Assembly: GCA_963835065.1 (NCBI GenBank)
Contig: CAWIEK010000057.1
Span: forward strand, 1-64,000
Origin: an uncultured Chthonomonadaceae bacterium
GTDB lineage: Bacteria; Armatimonadota; Chthonomonadetes; Chthonomonadales; Chthonomonadaceae
Direction: 5' to 3'
DNA: 64,000 bases
Both the position numbers and the translations under genes were made by a program. A model generated the notes under the pieces. The model was not told the DNA's origin. It was given only the letters and a program-made list of their open reading frames with translations, and ran no database searches. The stretch's first letter is position 1. The number at the start of each line of letters is the position of its first letter. This document shows positions 1 through 9,891 of this stretch, one piece after another.

Positions 1-38
1 AACCATGATTGGGCATGATTTAGAGGATTAGCATGATT
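1..38. repeat. Partial arm of 9-10 nt-period repeat (ATGATT/AGGATT), related to the AGGATT module of the intergenic palindromes
   Basis: aaccatgatt-gggcatgatt-tagaggatt-agcatgatt; compare 56733-56768. Confidence 0.5.
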
Positions 39-93
39 GAGGAGGCGCGTTTATTACAACCTCCTTCGAGTACCATAACAAGGAGGAACCCTG

Positions 94-372
94 ATGGAGT
101 GGGTACACGAAATCGTCGGCGGAGAAACTTATGAATATCTACCGTTGGGACAGTATGTGGTTCGGGCTGTGGGCGTATGCGGCGGACGGCCCACGTTCAA
201 GTACACGCGCATCGAGGTCGCCGGTACGCTGGACCGGGTCGCGGCGGGGGAGAGTATGGACGCGATTGCAGCCGGGTACGGCGCGCGCGTTCCGCGTGAG
301 GCTGTACAGGAGGCGATAGACATCGCGACACGTCATTTTTTGAACAGCCTGCCGGAACTTCGCGCCGCCTGA
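94..372 (+). CDS. DUF433 family antitoxin-like protein
   Basis: GVCGGRPTFKYTRIEV..GES..IAAGY DUF433 pattern; AGGAGG RBS; directly upstream of a PIN-like gene. Confidence 0.85.
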   Translation: MEWVHEIVGGETYEYLPLGQYVVRAVGVCGGRPTFKYTRIEVAGTLDRVAAGESMDAIAAGYGARVPREAVQEAIDIATRHFLNSLPELRAA

Positions 373-384
373 TGAGGACAACCG

Positions 385-807
385 ATGATCGTGCTGGACG
401 AGCAATTGACAGGGCGCGGTATTGAAGAAGCGATTAAGCGGTGGTATCCGGGCGCAGTACGCTTCATCAACGAACTGCGCCCCGGTACAATCATCAAAGA
501 TGAAGCCATTCCCACGCTGCTCAATCAGGAAGCCGAACCGACCTTCGTTACGATCAATGAAACAGATTTCTGGCGCAAGGTGGCAATCACCACGCGCTTT
601 TGTGTCATCTGTATTGCGTTGCCCGACAATCGCGCAACAGACATTCCTTCACTGCTTCAGCGGCTCCTGCGCCATCCTGATTTCGACACGAAAGCGCGTA
701 GAATGGGGCGCGTTCTACGCTTGACACTCTCAGCCGCCGCTTATTACACCTGTGATGATAAAACCGTCAGACCGGTGGAGAACTGGCAGGCAGATGACAC
801 CGGATGA
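385..807 (+). CDS. PIN-like (DUF5615/VapC45-like) toxin
   Basis: MIVLDEQL start, KDE, FVTINETDF acidic PIN-like motifs; paired with DUF433. Confidence 0.7.
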   Translation: MIVLDEQLTGRGIEEAIKRWYPGAVRFINELRPGTIIKDEAIPTLLNQEAEPTFVTINETDFWRKVAITTRFCVICIALPDNRATDIPSLLQRLLRHPDFDTKARRMGRVLRLTLSAAAYYTCDDKTVRPVENWQADDTG

Positions 808-856
808 TACGACCATCGCGCAAGTGGCTATCAAGTGAAAAGGAGATCGTCTGAGC

Positions 857-2943
857 ATGACTGATAAACCCCGTTCGGCGCAGATCGCGCATGTGTTGTT
901 TCTGGACATTGTGGGCTATTCCCGCGAAACGACGGGGATGCAGAGCCAGATGCTCAGTCGGCTCAATGCCGCCGTGTCCGCTTCCAAAACGTTTGCGGAT
1001 GCGTTTGCCGCCAATGCCGTGCAGCCGATCCCGACGGGCGACGGCATGGCGCTGCTGTTTTACAGCGACGTGATCGCGCCCGCGCAGTGCGCCATTGACG
1101 TGGCGCGGGGTTTGCAGGGCGGTACGACAACCCTGCCCGTCCGCATGGGACTGCACAGCGGACTGGTGCAGCGCCAGATTGACATTACGGGCAAGAAAAC
1201 GTTGTCGGGGAAGGCATCAACACGGCGCAGCGCGTGATGGACGTGGGCGACGCGGGGCATATTCTGCTGTCCATGCAGTACGCCAACTGGCTCCAGCAGT
1301 TCGAGGATTGGGCCGGCCATATTCAGCCGCTCGGTGAAAGCGCGGCCAAGCACGGGCAGATTGTGCATTTGTACAGCCTGTGTTCGGGTGACTTCGGCAG
1401 TGCCGCGCTGCCTTCGCGGATGCAGGCCGCGCCGACTGCCCCTGCCCCTTCCCCGGCTTCCCAATGGGCCACCACGTCCCAATCCCAAACGCAAAAAATC
1501 GCCCTGCTGTACAAGCCCAACCAGCAGCCGGACGAAAAAGTATTGCGCATTTTGGAGGAACGCTTGCGCGAAAGCGGGCATGAGGTGTTTACGGATAATC
1601 AGACCAAAATTACCGCGAATTGGGCGACAACTATTGAAAACCGGATTCGCGCCGCCGATGCCGTGATTGCCATCGTGTCACCCCCCTCCCTGCAAAGCGA
1701 AATGTTGCAATACGAGATCGAAACCGCCCACGACCAGTTGGCGCGGACGACAAAGCCCATCCTGCTGCCCGTGCGTATCGGCAATGACGACGTGCCGGAG
1801 GGGGTGATTGCCACCCTGATTGCGCCCTACGCGCAGTTTACATGGACGGACGAGCAGGACACGCAAAAACTGCTGGCGGAACTGCTGTCGGCCATTGCCG
1901 AACCGCTCAAGCCGCGCCAGGAAGACGTAAAACTGGAACCTGTTGGCGGAGCCGTGCCGCCCGATTCGCCGTTTTATGTGCAGCGGGCCTGCGATCAGGA
2001 GTTCATGCAGGCGCTGCAAAATCAGGAAAGCATTCTGCTGGTCAAGGGCGCGCGGCAGATGGGCAAAACGTCCCTGCTGGCGCAGGGCGCGAAGCAAACC
2101 AAAGAATGGAACCGGCGCGTCGGCATGACCGATTTCCAGAAACTCAACTCGTCGCAAATGGCTTCGGAGGAGAATTTTTATCGCCTGATTGCCGCCACGC
2201 TTGCCCGGCAGTTGAAGTTCAAGTATGATTTTGAGGCCGAGTGGGACGCGATTTTCGGCGCGAACCTGAACATGGAGAACTTTCTGCGCGAACTGCTCGA
2301 CAGCGCGGACGAACCCCTTGTCTGGTACATGGACGAGGTAGACAAACTGTTTCTGGCTCCGTTCGCCAGTGACTTCTTCGGGCTGGTGCGCTCGTGGCAC
2401 AATTCGCGCTCGACGGAACCGGACGGTCCGTGGAACAAACTGACAGTTGTAATCGCGTATGCGACGGAAGCCCATTTGTTCATTCAGGATTTGAACCAAT
2501 CGCCGTTCAACGTCGGGCGGCGCCTGGATCTGGAAGATTTTAACATGCAGCAGACCGTAGACTTGAACGGACGCTACGGCAGTCCGCTGAAAAGTTACAA
2601 TGAAGTGGAAACCCTGCACGGCTTGATTGGCGGGCAGCCGTTTTTGACGCGCCGCGCCCTCGATGCGCTGGCGACCGGCAAAATGGACTTGAACACGCTG
2701 AATGCGCAGGCGGCGCGGGATGACGGCCCGTTTGCCGACCATCTAAAACGGCTTCTGGTGGCGGTAACGCGGCTTCCGGCTGTGGTGGAGTATGCGCGGG
2801 GCCTGCTGTCCGGCAATCCGCGCAGCGATCAAGACTCGTACTACCGGCTGCTGTCGGCGGGCATCATCAAGCAGACGCGGGAAGGCAAAGTGACGTTTCG
2901 CTGCGACCTGTACCAGCGCTATCTCGAACAACACGCGCTATGA
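857..2943 (+). CDS. Class III nucleotide cyclase-TIR-AAA_35 NTPase fusion, split by a 1-nt deletion near 1195
   Basis: VLFLDIVGYS, PTGDG, RMGLHSG in ORF 857. Adding one base at ggcaag^aaaac restores (E)NVVGEGINTAQRVMD into ORF 1234. TIR: EVFTD..ADAVIAIVS..SEMLQYEIE. Walker A GARQMGKT, Walker B WYMDEVD, LNQSPFNVG. Confidence 0.85.
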
Positions 2944-3051
2944 TAAAACAATAAATTAGCGGCAAACAAGCAGGAGAATTCCATCTTCGGCTAGAATATA
3001 AATCGCAAATTCACCATACGAACACCTTTAGCCAGAAATGAGAACGATTGT

Positions 3052-5283
3052 ATGTCCACACAGGAAGTCGCGCTGGAAAATTTGAATCCCGGCGCGAAAC
3101 GGCTCGTGCAGGCCGTGATGCAGGCGGCGGGAGAAACCGCGCCGGGCGCAAACCAATGGCTGACCGCGCTTTTGGAGCGGCATGGGCCGATGGCGGAAAC
3201 CCTCGCCACGTCCCTCGACGCCGCAACGACGCTTACGTATACCCGAACGCAGATTGCCGCAGGGCAGGCGGGGCAGGCGCTCGCCCCAAACGCGCTTGTG
3301 GAGCTGGCGCTGCAAAAAGCGAAAGCGCGGGGCAAAGACATCGCAAGCGAGCGGGACGCCGCCGCCGTGATTTTGGAAGCGGCGGGGTATACGCTCCAGG
3401 CCCCTGCCGATGTTCCCTTATCGCCGCCTGCTCCTGCCACAGCAACGGCGGCGGAAGAAGCCGGTGCTGCGGGAAACGCGCCTTCTGCGTGGAAGCCGAA
3501 AGCGAAGCGTCCCACGCCCACGCTGGCGCGGTTCGGGCGCGATCTCACGCAGGCGGCTTTTGAAGGCAAATTGAGCGCGCTGGTCGGACGGGAAGAAGAA
3601 ACCACGCTTGTCGTGGAAACCCTGTGCCGGCGCACCAAGCGCAATCCCGTTCTGGTCGGGCCGGCGGGCGTGGGCAAAACGGCTATTGTGGAAGGGCTGG
3701 CGCGGCGCATTATTGCCGGGGCCGTTCCCACCCTGCTGCAAAATTCCCGCGTGTTTGCCATTCAGCCCTCGACCTTAATTGCCGGTGCGGGGTACGGCGA
3801 TCTGGAAAAGCGCCTGGAAGCCGTTGTCTCGGAAGCCAGTCAGGACGGGATTCTGCTGTTTATTGACGAAGTGCATGCCATTGTCGGCGCGGGCGGACGG
3901 GCGGGCGCGGACGACATGGCGAGCCTGCTCAAACCCGCGCTGGCGCGCGGCGAAATCGCCTGCATCGCGGCCACTACGGACGACGAGTATCGCCGCTTCA
4001 TCGAAACCGACGCGGCCCTGGAACGGCGCTTTCAGCCCCTGCGCGTTCACGAACTCAGCGGGGCGCAAACGCTGGAAGTGCTTGGCGCGTTGCGCGACGA
4101 GTTTCAGCAGGCGCGGGGCGTTGCCATTTCCCTGGACGCCCTGCACGACATTGTGGCCTTTGCCGAGCGCTATATGCCCAACCGCCATTTTCCCGACAAG
4201 GCCGTAGATTTGCTGGAGCAGGCCGTCGCCCACGCGCTGGCAACCGGCCAAACGGAAGTGACCCGCGCCGACGCGATGCTGGTGGCGAACCGGCTGGTGG
4301 GCATGCCCCTGTCCGGCGAGGGCTGGGAGGACGCGCTGCGCCTGCGGCTGGAAGCGGAAGGCGTTCTGGCTCCCGAAGACACTTCCCTGCTGATAAGCCG
4401 CCTGCAGGTGACGCTGGCCGGTTTCGACATTCACCCCGCCCGTCCCAACGCCCTTGTGCTGCTGACCGGCGAAGCGGCGGCAAGCGGGCAAATGCTGGCG
4501 GGCATCCTCGCGCAAACGCTGTTCGGGAGCGAAGACCGCATCGTCACGCTGGATTTCAGCCGCTACACCGAACCCCACCACGTCAGCATGTTGATCGGTT
4601 CGCCGCCGGGCTATGTCGGCTACAGCGAGCATCTGCCCATCCACGAGGTTGCGCGTATCCCCTGGTGCGCCCTGCTTTGCACCAATCTGGACGCCTGCCA
4701 CCCTGTCGTGCGCGACGTGCTGACCCGCGCCCTGGAAACGGGCTTTCTCACGGACGCGCAGGGCAAGCGCCTGTATCTCAGCGACACCATTACAATTTTG
4801 ACCACGAGCAGCGGCGCGCTCCCGGAGCGCAAAATGGGCATCCGCGTCCACGACAAAGCGGCGCAGGAAAACCATAAGGAAGACGAGCGGGCGGCGGCGA
4901 CGAAGATGTTGGGAGCCGATCTCGCGCGCCTGTGCGATGTTATCAGCAGCCACGCCGGGGGCGCGGAAGCCAACGCGGACAGCGCGCATCGGCGGCAGGA
5001 AGCCCTGCTGACGGAACTCGGCAAGCGCTACGGTCAGCGTGGCATGACGGTGCAATGGAATGACAGCGTGTACGCCTGGCTGGACGCGCGTTCCGGGCGG
5101 GCAAACGCGGACGAGGAGTGGGAGCGGCTGGTGGACAACGATCTCAGCCCCCTGCTGGTGGCGCATCTGGCAAAGCGCAAAAGCACGGAACCGGTTTCCG
5201 TGCTGGTCGAGTACAGGGACAACGCCCTGCAAATCATACCCCGCACAATCACCTCTCACGATGAGGAAGAGCAAAGGAGTTAG
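3052..5283 (+). CDS. ClpA/ClpC-like AAA+ ATPase with degenerate second AAA domain
   Basis: NBD1 intact: [44 protein letters not shown]2 keeps GSPPGYVGY, but Walker A reads GEAAASGQ and Walker B reads LLCTNLD. Confidence 0.85.
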   Translation: MSTQEVALENLNPGAKRLVQAVMQAAGETAPGANQWLTALLERHGPMAETLATSLDAATTLTYTRTQIAAGQAGQALAPNALVELALQKAKARGKDIASERDAAAVILEAAGYTLQAPADVPLSPPAPATATAAEEAGAAGNAPSAWKPKAKRPTPTLARFGRDLTQAAFEGKLSALVGREEETTLVVETLCRRTKRNPVLVGPAGVGKTAIVEGLARRIIAGAVPTLLQNSRVFAIQPSTLIAGAGYGDLEKRLEAVVSEASQDGILLFIDEVHAIVGAGGRAGADDMASLLKPALARGEIACIAATTDDEYRRFIETDAALERRFQPLRVHELSGAQTLEVLGALRDEFQQARGVAISLDALHDIVAFAERYMPNRHFPDKAVDLLEQAVAHALATGQTEVTRADAMLVANRLVGMPLSGEGWEDALRLRLEAEGVLAPEDTSLLISRLQVTLAGFDIHPARPNALVLLTGEAAASGQMLAGILAQTLFGSEDRIVTLDFSRYTEPHHVSMLIGSPPGYVGYSEHLPIHEVARIPWCALLCTNLDACHPVVRDVLTRALETGFLTDAQGKRLYLSDTITILTTSSGALPERKMGIRVHDKAAQENHKEDERAAATKMLGADLARLCDVISSHAGGAEANADSAHRRQEALLTELGKRYGQRGMTVQWNDSVYAWLDARSGRANADEEWERLVDNDLSPLLVAHLAKRKSTEPVSVLVEYRDNALQIIPRTITSHDEEEQRS

Positions 5284-5286
5284 TCA

Positions 5287-5733
5287 ATGGAATTTTCAAC
5301 CCCGGCCGTGCAGGCGGCCTACGAGCGCATCGCGCCCATGATGAAAGAATTGTTCGGCGAATTCGTTTCCACCGATCCCAATATTCCCGCCTTCGGGATT
5401 TCGATGGGGTCGGCGTATGCGCAGATCGCCGTGTACGCCTGGGGCGACAACGACGCCACGCTGCGTGCCTGGTCGTGGGTGCTGACGGGCGCGGAAACCA
5501 CGCCGGAACTGATGCGCTACCTGCTGGATACGAACGCCAACATCCGCTTCGGCTCGTTCGGCATGGACGAAGTGGGCGACATCCTTTTCCAGAACACGAT
5601 TCTGGCCGCCACCTGCGACAAGGAGGAACTGCGCGCCACCATCATGGCCGTCGTCTCCACCGCCGACCGCGTAGACGACGAACTGGTCGCCAAATTCGGC
5701 GGACAGCGCGCCATTGACCGCGTTGCCTCGTGA
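5287..5733 (+). CDS. YbjN-like (T3SS chaperone-fold) protein
   Basis: TPELMRYLLDTNANIRFGSFGMDEVGDI..TCDKEEL..ADRVDDELVAKFGG; starts 3 nt after the Clp stop. Confidence 0.8.
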   Translation: MEFSTPAVQAAYERIAPMMKELFGEFVSTDPNIPAFGISMGSAYAQIAVYAWGDNDATLRAWSWVLTGAETTPELMRYLLDTNANIRFGSFGMDEVGDILFQNTILAATCDKEELRATIMAVVSTADRVDDELVAKFGGQRAIDRVAS

Positions 5734-5863
5734 GTTGTCTGGAACCATGACTCGTCTTATGGTACTGCTGCGTGTAACCGGATTATAAAAATCCGGTTAC
5801 GCAGGCCTTCGGCCAATCGTCCTGCGGACGAAAGAACTACTGGCGCATTTACGCCGCAGTGTA

Positions 5864-6109
5864 CTAGCGCAAACGCTGTAACAGGTACATGAGAATAACT
5901 CCCAAAATGAAGATTATGACGTGTAACTCCATACTGGTATGAAGGAGCATGGAAGCGCGTGGAAGACGATGTTCTTTCATACTTTGCCGCACAGCGCGTC
6001 TCCCGAACTTGACGAAATACATGATCAGGCCGACTAATTGCAGGAGAATCGCTGTAATTGTTAGGATGAGTAGTACGCACATGTAGATTATCAGGGTAAT
6101 ATTCTGCAT
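5864..6109 (-). CDS. Small 2-TM hypothetical membrane protein
   Basis: AGAGGA RBS before ATG; two hydrophobic segments; AT-rich. Confidence 0.45.
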   Translation of the reverse strand: MQNITLIIYMCVLLILTITAILLQLVGLIMYFVKFGRRAVRQSMKEHRLPRASMLLHTSMELHVIIFILGVILMYLLQRLR

Positions 6110-6164
6110 GCTATCCTCTTTCTTTTCGTCTACCCGCTCTGCTTTCGGTGGTGTATGGCTTCCA

Positions 6165-6602
6165 CTAATCGCCTCCCACAGACGCTCTTACCAACTGTTC
6201 CTCATGCCTCTCCTCACCTGCTTCTGCGGCTCTCAGCAGCACGGTCTGTTGCGCCTGCACCGGCTCTGAGGAAGCGCGTACCAGACTGTCAGGGGCGGGC
6301 AGGTCGGCGGCGTTAGCTCGAGTGAGGGGAGCGCCGGTTTGAATTTGTTTTGCCGCTATAATGGTTTTCCTTCCAATCTCCCGAAAAACAAAACTGAAAC
6401 TAACCGCCATGAGGAATAAAGCCCATTTTACAAAGGGAGCCAAAGCAGAGTGACGGACGAAAATGATAGAAGTCAAAACACCTATCATTAATACGGCTAT
6501 GAGGTTGAAGACGGCTCCCATTGACCACAAAGAAGCCTTCTTACTCATCAAAGCCGCATACACGCCCTTGCTCACAATGCGCTTGCTCGTTTTTGGCTCC
6601 AT
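6165..6602 (-). CDS. Hypothetical 2-TM protein with LVRAS/LLRAA C-terminal motifs
   Basis: AGGAGG upstream of ATG 6602 (MEPKTSKR); two TM helices; DSLVRASSEP..VLLRAA..EQLVRAS tail. Confidence 0.7.
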   Translation of the reverse strand: MEPKTSKRIVSKGVYAALMSKKASLWSMGAVFNLIAVLMIGVLTSIIFVRHSALAPFVKWALFLMAVSFSFVFREIGRKTIIAAKQIQTGAPLTRANAADLPAPDSLVRASSEPVQAQQTVLLRAAEAGEERHEEQLVRASVGGD

Positions 6603-6802
6603 CCCTGCGCCTCCTGTCTCTGCCCTTGTACTGCTATTCTTTTTCCATTCGCCATCGCTCACCAAACTCCTGCAAATGCCCCGTAATGATTTCACGCGCC
6701 CCAGATACGAATGTAAGCGCCTTTCACGGTAAAGCCAGTAATTGATGCTACGAATAGGTATAGCACAGCGCTTGAACTCCACAAACCTGCCAAACACAAT
6801 TT

Positions 6803-6848
6803 TGCAGCCTCTTTTCTCGCGCTCATGAAGGCGAGGGAAGAGGCTGCA
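6803..6848. terminator. GC-rich stem-loop, possible terminator
   Basis: TGCAGCCTCTTttCTCGC..GCGAGggAAGAGGCTGCA inverted repeat. Confidence 0.4.
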
Positions 6849-6880
6849 TCAAGATGAAGCGGCATCAAGCGGCAGGCGCG

Positions 6881-7116
6881 TCATTGCGACGGTGGTAAAT
6901 GCCGCTGCACTTCCTGCTGCGCGTAATTGGCCTGCACGATCAGGCGGGCAACCGTGTCCAGATGTTTGGGAACCTGTTCCGCATCCCCCAAACTCTCGGC
7001 GAGATACGACGTTTGCAGGTGCATTTCCACCTGCCCCAAAGCGCGTCGGCCTGCTGCTTGCAGGTAAGGTGAGCGTTGACTTCTTGTACGAGGCGTTGTA
7101 TTTGTTGGCTGTCCAT
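6881..7116 (-). CDS. Possible ~78 aa helical hypothetical protein interrupted by a 1-nt indel
   Basis: AAGGAG RBS, MDSQQIQRLVQEVNAHL, continuing in another frame as ..RALGQVEMHLQTSYLAESLGDAEQVPKHL..PPSQ*. Confidence 0.3.
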
Positions 7117-7319
7117 AGCGTTACTCCTTCTTCCACATCCTGTGGTTGTTGATATTTATTGTCGGACGGACAGCGACAAAGCCTTATGCCAATTTCAGCC
7201 AATTGGCCTGCCGAGCATAATAAACCTCGCCGTTTGTTACCCCTCAACCCTCAACCCGAACATTTTCCCTTCCCGCCGTATCCAACGTTTTGACAGCCAA
7301 TGAGCCGACGGAGAAAACC

Positions 7320-7877
7320 ATGATCGGAGCGAAAACCATCAGGCAGGCAGCGCCGGAAGCCTCCCCTATTTCCCTGCAAACCCAATTCGAGCAGGTTTGG
7401 CAGCCGCATCGCCCGCGCGTATGGCGGCTTGTGGCGCGGCTGGCGGGCAGTCCCGATCTGGCCGACGATTTGACGCAGGAAGTGAGCGTCCGCGCTTTTC
7501 AAGCGTTTGCTGATTTTCGCGGGCAGGCGGACGCCTTTACGTGGCTGTACCGCATTGCCGTCAATGTCGTGCTGCGCGACCGCGAAAAGCGCAGACCGAC
7601 GCTTCCTCTGGACGCGCCCGAAGTGGCCTGCTTGCCCGCGCAAACCGCGCACAGCCCGGAACACGCCGCCCTGCGCGCCGAAATGCGCCCGGTTGTCTGG
7701 GCCGCGCTGGATCGCCTGCCGGATGACCTGCGCGCGACCCTGATTTTGCAGGTGTACGAGGGGCTGAAGTACCGCGAAATCGCCGAACTGCTGGACATCC
7801 CCATCGGCACGGTGAAATCGCGCCTGAACAACGCCATGCAGCGTTTAAGAGAGGAGTTGAAAGATTATGCGCTGTAA
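7320..7877 (+). CDS. ECF sigma-70 factor
   Basis: ADDLTQEV, FTWLYRIAVN (region 2); GLKYREIAELLDIPIGTVKSRL (region 4). Confidence 0.95.
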   Translation: MIGAKTIRQAAPEASPISLQTQFEQVWQPHRPRVWRLVARLAGSPDLADDLTQEVSVRAFQAFADFRGQADAFTWLYRIAVNVVLRDREKRRPTLPLDAPEVACLPAQTAHSPEHAALRAEMRPVVWAALDRLPDDLRATLILQVYEGLKYREIAELLDIPIGTVKSRLNNAMQRLREELKDYAL

Positions 7878-9816
7878 CCATGCGGTTCCGCACCTGAAAG
7901 CCTATCTGGATGGCGAAACATCGGGCTGGCACAAGGCGCGCATCCGTCGTCATTTACGCTCCTGCCCTGCGTGTGCCGCGCAGTTGGCGGAATGGCAGAA
8001 ACTTAATACCCTGCTGCTGTCCAACGATCTCGTTTTCGACAATCCAGCTTTCAACACTGTCGTAAACAACGATTTTGCCGCCAACAACAGCGTTCCCGGC
8101 AAACTTGTATCCAATGCTTTTGTTCCCAACGACTGCGTTTCTCATTCTACAGTTTCCATGTCTGCGGTTATTCCTGTTGCTGCCGAACCCCGCCGAAGGA
8201 AAGGACAACCTGCCATGAGTTTCAAATTGCTGACCGGATGTGTCGCCACGAGCGCGGCGGTGCTGGCATTGCTGTTACTACCCAACAAAACGCGGCACAA
8301 CATGAGCATGGCGGCGGAAATCCGTCAGGCGGTTTCCAATGTCAACACGTGGCATTTGAAAGGCTGGAAACTGCAAAACGGCAAGCCCCTTGCGTGGGAA
8401 GTATGGGGGCGGCGAACGCCGTTCTTCTACCGCGAACAGGTGGGGCAGGACGTGATTGTGGATGACGGCAGATCGCGCGTCAGCCTGTTTGCGCCCCTGA
8501 AGCGCAATGGCAGGCCAGACGCATCAGGCATCGCGCTGAAAACTCCCTCCATGCCTGATGCGTCCAATACGCGCTGGTCGTATACGCAAATGGTCGCGCA
8601 GTGGGATAATATCTCTTTGCGCCCCGACGCGCAGACAGCCGAAGACGCGACGTTTGATTTTGCGGCAAGCGGCGTCTTTCTGGGCGGCGGAGACGATACC
8701 ATGGCCGATTTGCTGTACACGGTCAACAGGCAAACGTGGCTGCCCACGCATTATGAAGCGCGATTGGGCAAACCAAACGCCAAACACACCCTTGCCGCGC
8801 TGAACGCCGATTACAACGCGCCGGTTCCCGCCGACGTGACGCAACTGCCGTCCATACCGCCCACTTACAAAGTGTATGACGCCGCCCAATCCGCGCCAAC
8901 CGGCGAAAATACGGTGACGCGAAACGGCATTACGGTGCAGACAATTCCGCTCCTCCTGACTTCGGACGGCCTGATTCTGCTGCGCGTGAAAACATGGCTG
9001 GGCGGCGCGCTAATTGACCGTTACGGCCCGCTGCTGATCGGCGCGAGCGCGGACCGATGGGTCGAAACAGGCGCGATGATCACGCCTGCCAACCGGGACA
9101 ACGCAAAACGGGGGTATACGCAGGTGCAGTGGGAGGCGATCCAAGCCGGCAACCATGACCATACAAGCGCGCTGCTGCTGCTTGCCCCCGCCGATCCCCT
9201 GCCGCCGGACGCGCCGCCCGCCACCGAATTGACGCTGCAATTGGATGTGGCGGCGCAAATGGATACGCGCCTGAGCGGGACGATGGGCATGAGCGATCAG
9301 CAATTGGCGCGGCAAACCATGACGCTGGCGGTGGCTCTGCCCGCGCCGTCCGCGCCCGCCGCGCAAAGCCTGACCGCCTATATTGACCCGGATTGGAAAC
9401 AGCGGACACTAAGTTTTGAAGGGTATGAGAACCTGCCGGCGGCTGTGGACATGGCGCGGAGCGTGTTCTATGGCGATCTGGTGGATTTGCGAAACCCCGA
9501 CCGCCCTCATATGGGAAAATCCGTCGCCTACTCGGAAAAGTTCTTTGTGGAAACTTCCTGTCCCGGCATTGCCGCGCTGTACCACTACCTGACCGCGCAA
9601 AAGTACGTGGCGATGGGCAACAAAACCCGCGCCCGCCAACTGCTGCAAGAAACTCTTGACGACAAGCGCCTGGACGCCCAACTTCAGCCCGCAAACAATC
9701 CTATGCTGGCCGCGCTGCCCGCCCCCACCCGCAAGCAGATGCAGGAGGAAGGGCGCCAGAACCTCAAAAGCAAACGTCAAAGCGCGCAGGAAGCCCTCAA
9801 TACATGGGCCAAGTAG
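7867..9816 (+). CDS. ZAS (zf-HC2) anti-sigma factor with TM helix and large extracytoplasmic domain
   Basis: C..L.AYLDGE..HLRSCPAC motif; TM helix; overlaps the sigma stop. Confidence 0.85.
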   Translation: MRCNHAVPHLKAYLDGETSGWHKARIRRHLRSCPACAAQLAEWQKLNTLLLSNDLVFDNPAFNTVVNNDFAANNSVPGKLVSNAFVPNDCVSHSTVSMSAVIPVAAEPRRRKGQPAMSFKLLTGCVATSAAVLALLLLPNKTRHNMSMAAEIRQAVSNVNTWHLKGWKLQNGKPLAWEVWGRRTPFFYREQVGQDVIVDDGRSRVSLFAPLKRNGRPDASGIALKTPSMPDASNTRWSYTQMVAQWDNISLRPDAQTAEDATFDFAASGVFLGGGDDTMADLLYTVNRQTWLPTHYEARLGKPNAKHTLAALNADYNAPVPADVTQLPSIPPTYKVYDAAQSAPTGENTVTRNGITVQTIPLLLTSDGLILLRVKTWLGGALIDRYGPLLIGASADRWVETGAMITPANRDNAKRGYTQVQWEAIQAGNHDHTSALLLLAPADPLPPDAPPATELTLQLDVAAQMDTRLSGTMGMSDQQLARQTMTLAVALPAPSAPAAQSLTAYIDPDWKQRTLSFEGYENLPAAVDMARSVFYGDLVDLRNPDRPHMGKSVAYSEKFFVETSCPGIAALYHYLTAQKYVAMGNKTRARQLLQETLDDKRLDAQLQPANNPMLAALPAPTRKQMQEEGRQNLKSKRQSAQEALNTWAK

Positions 9817-9891
9817 CCGCATGGAAGCAAAAACACAAAAACGGACAGCGCGCAGGCATTACCTGTGGGCTGGCCGTTTCTTATCGGAAAT

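Noticed and set aside
1234..1237. GTGA stop/start overlap suggesting cyclase and TIR-NTPase are two coupled genes
   Set aside because: A split would remove the cyclase NxxxR motif, which lies in the second frame upstream of this start. A fused gene is more parsimonious.
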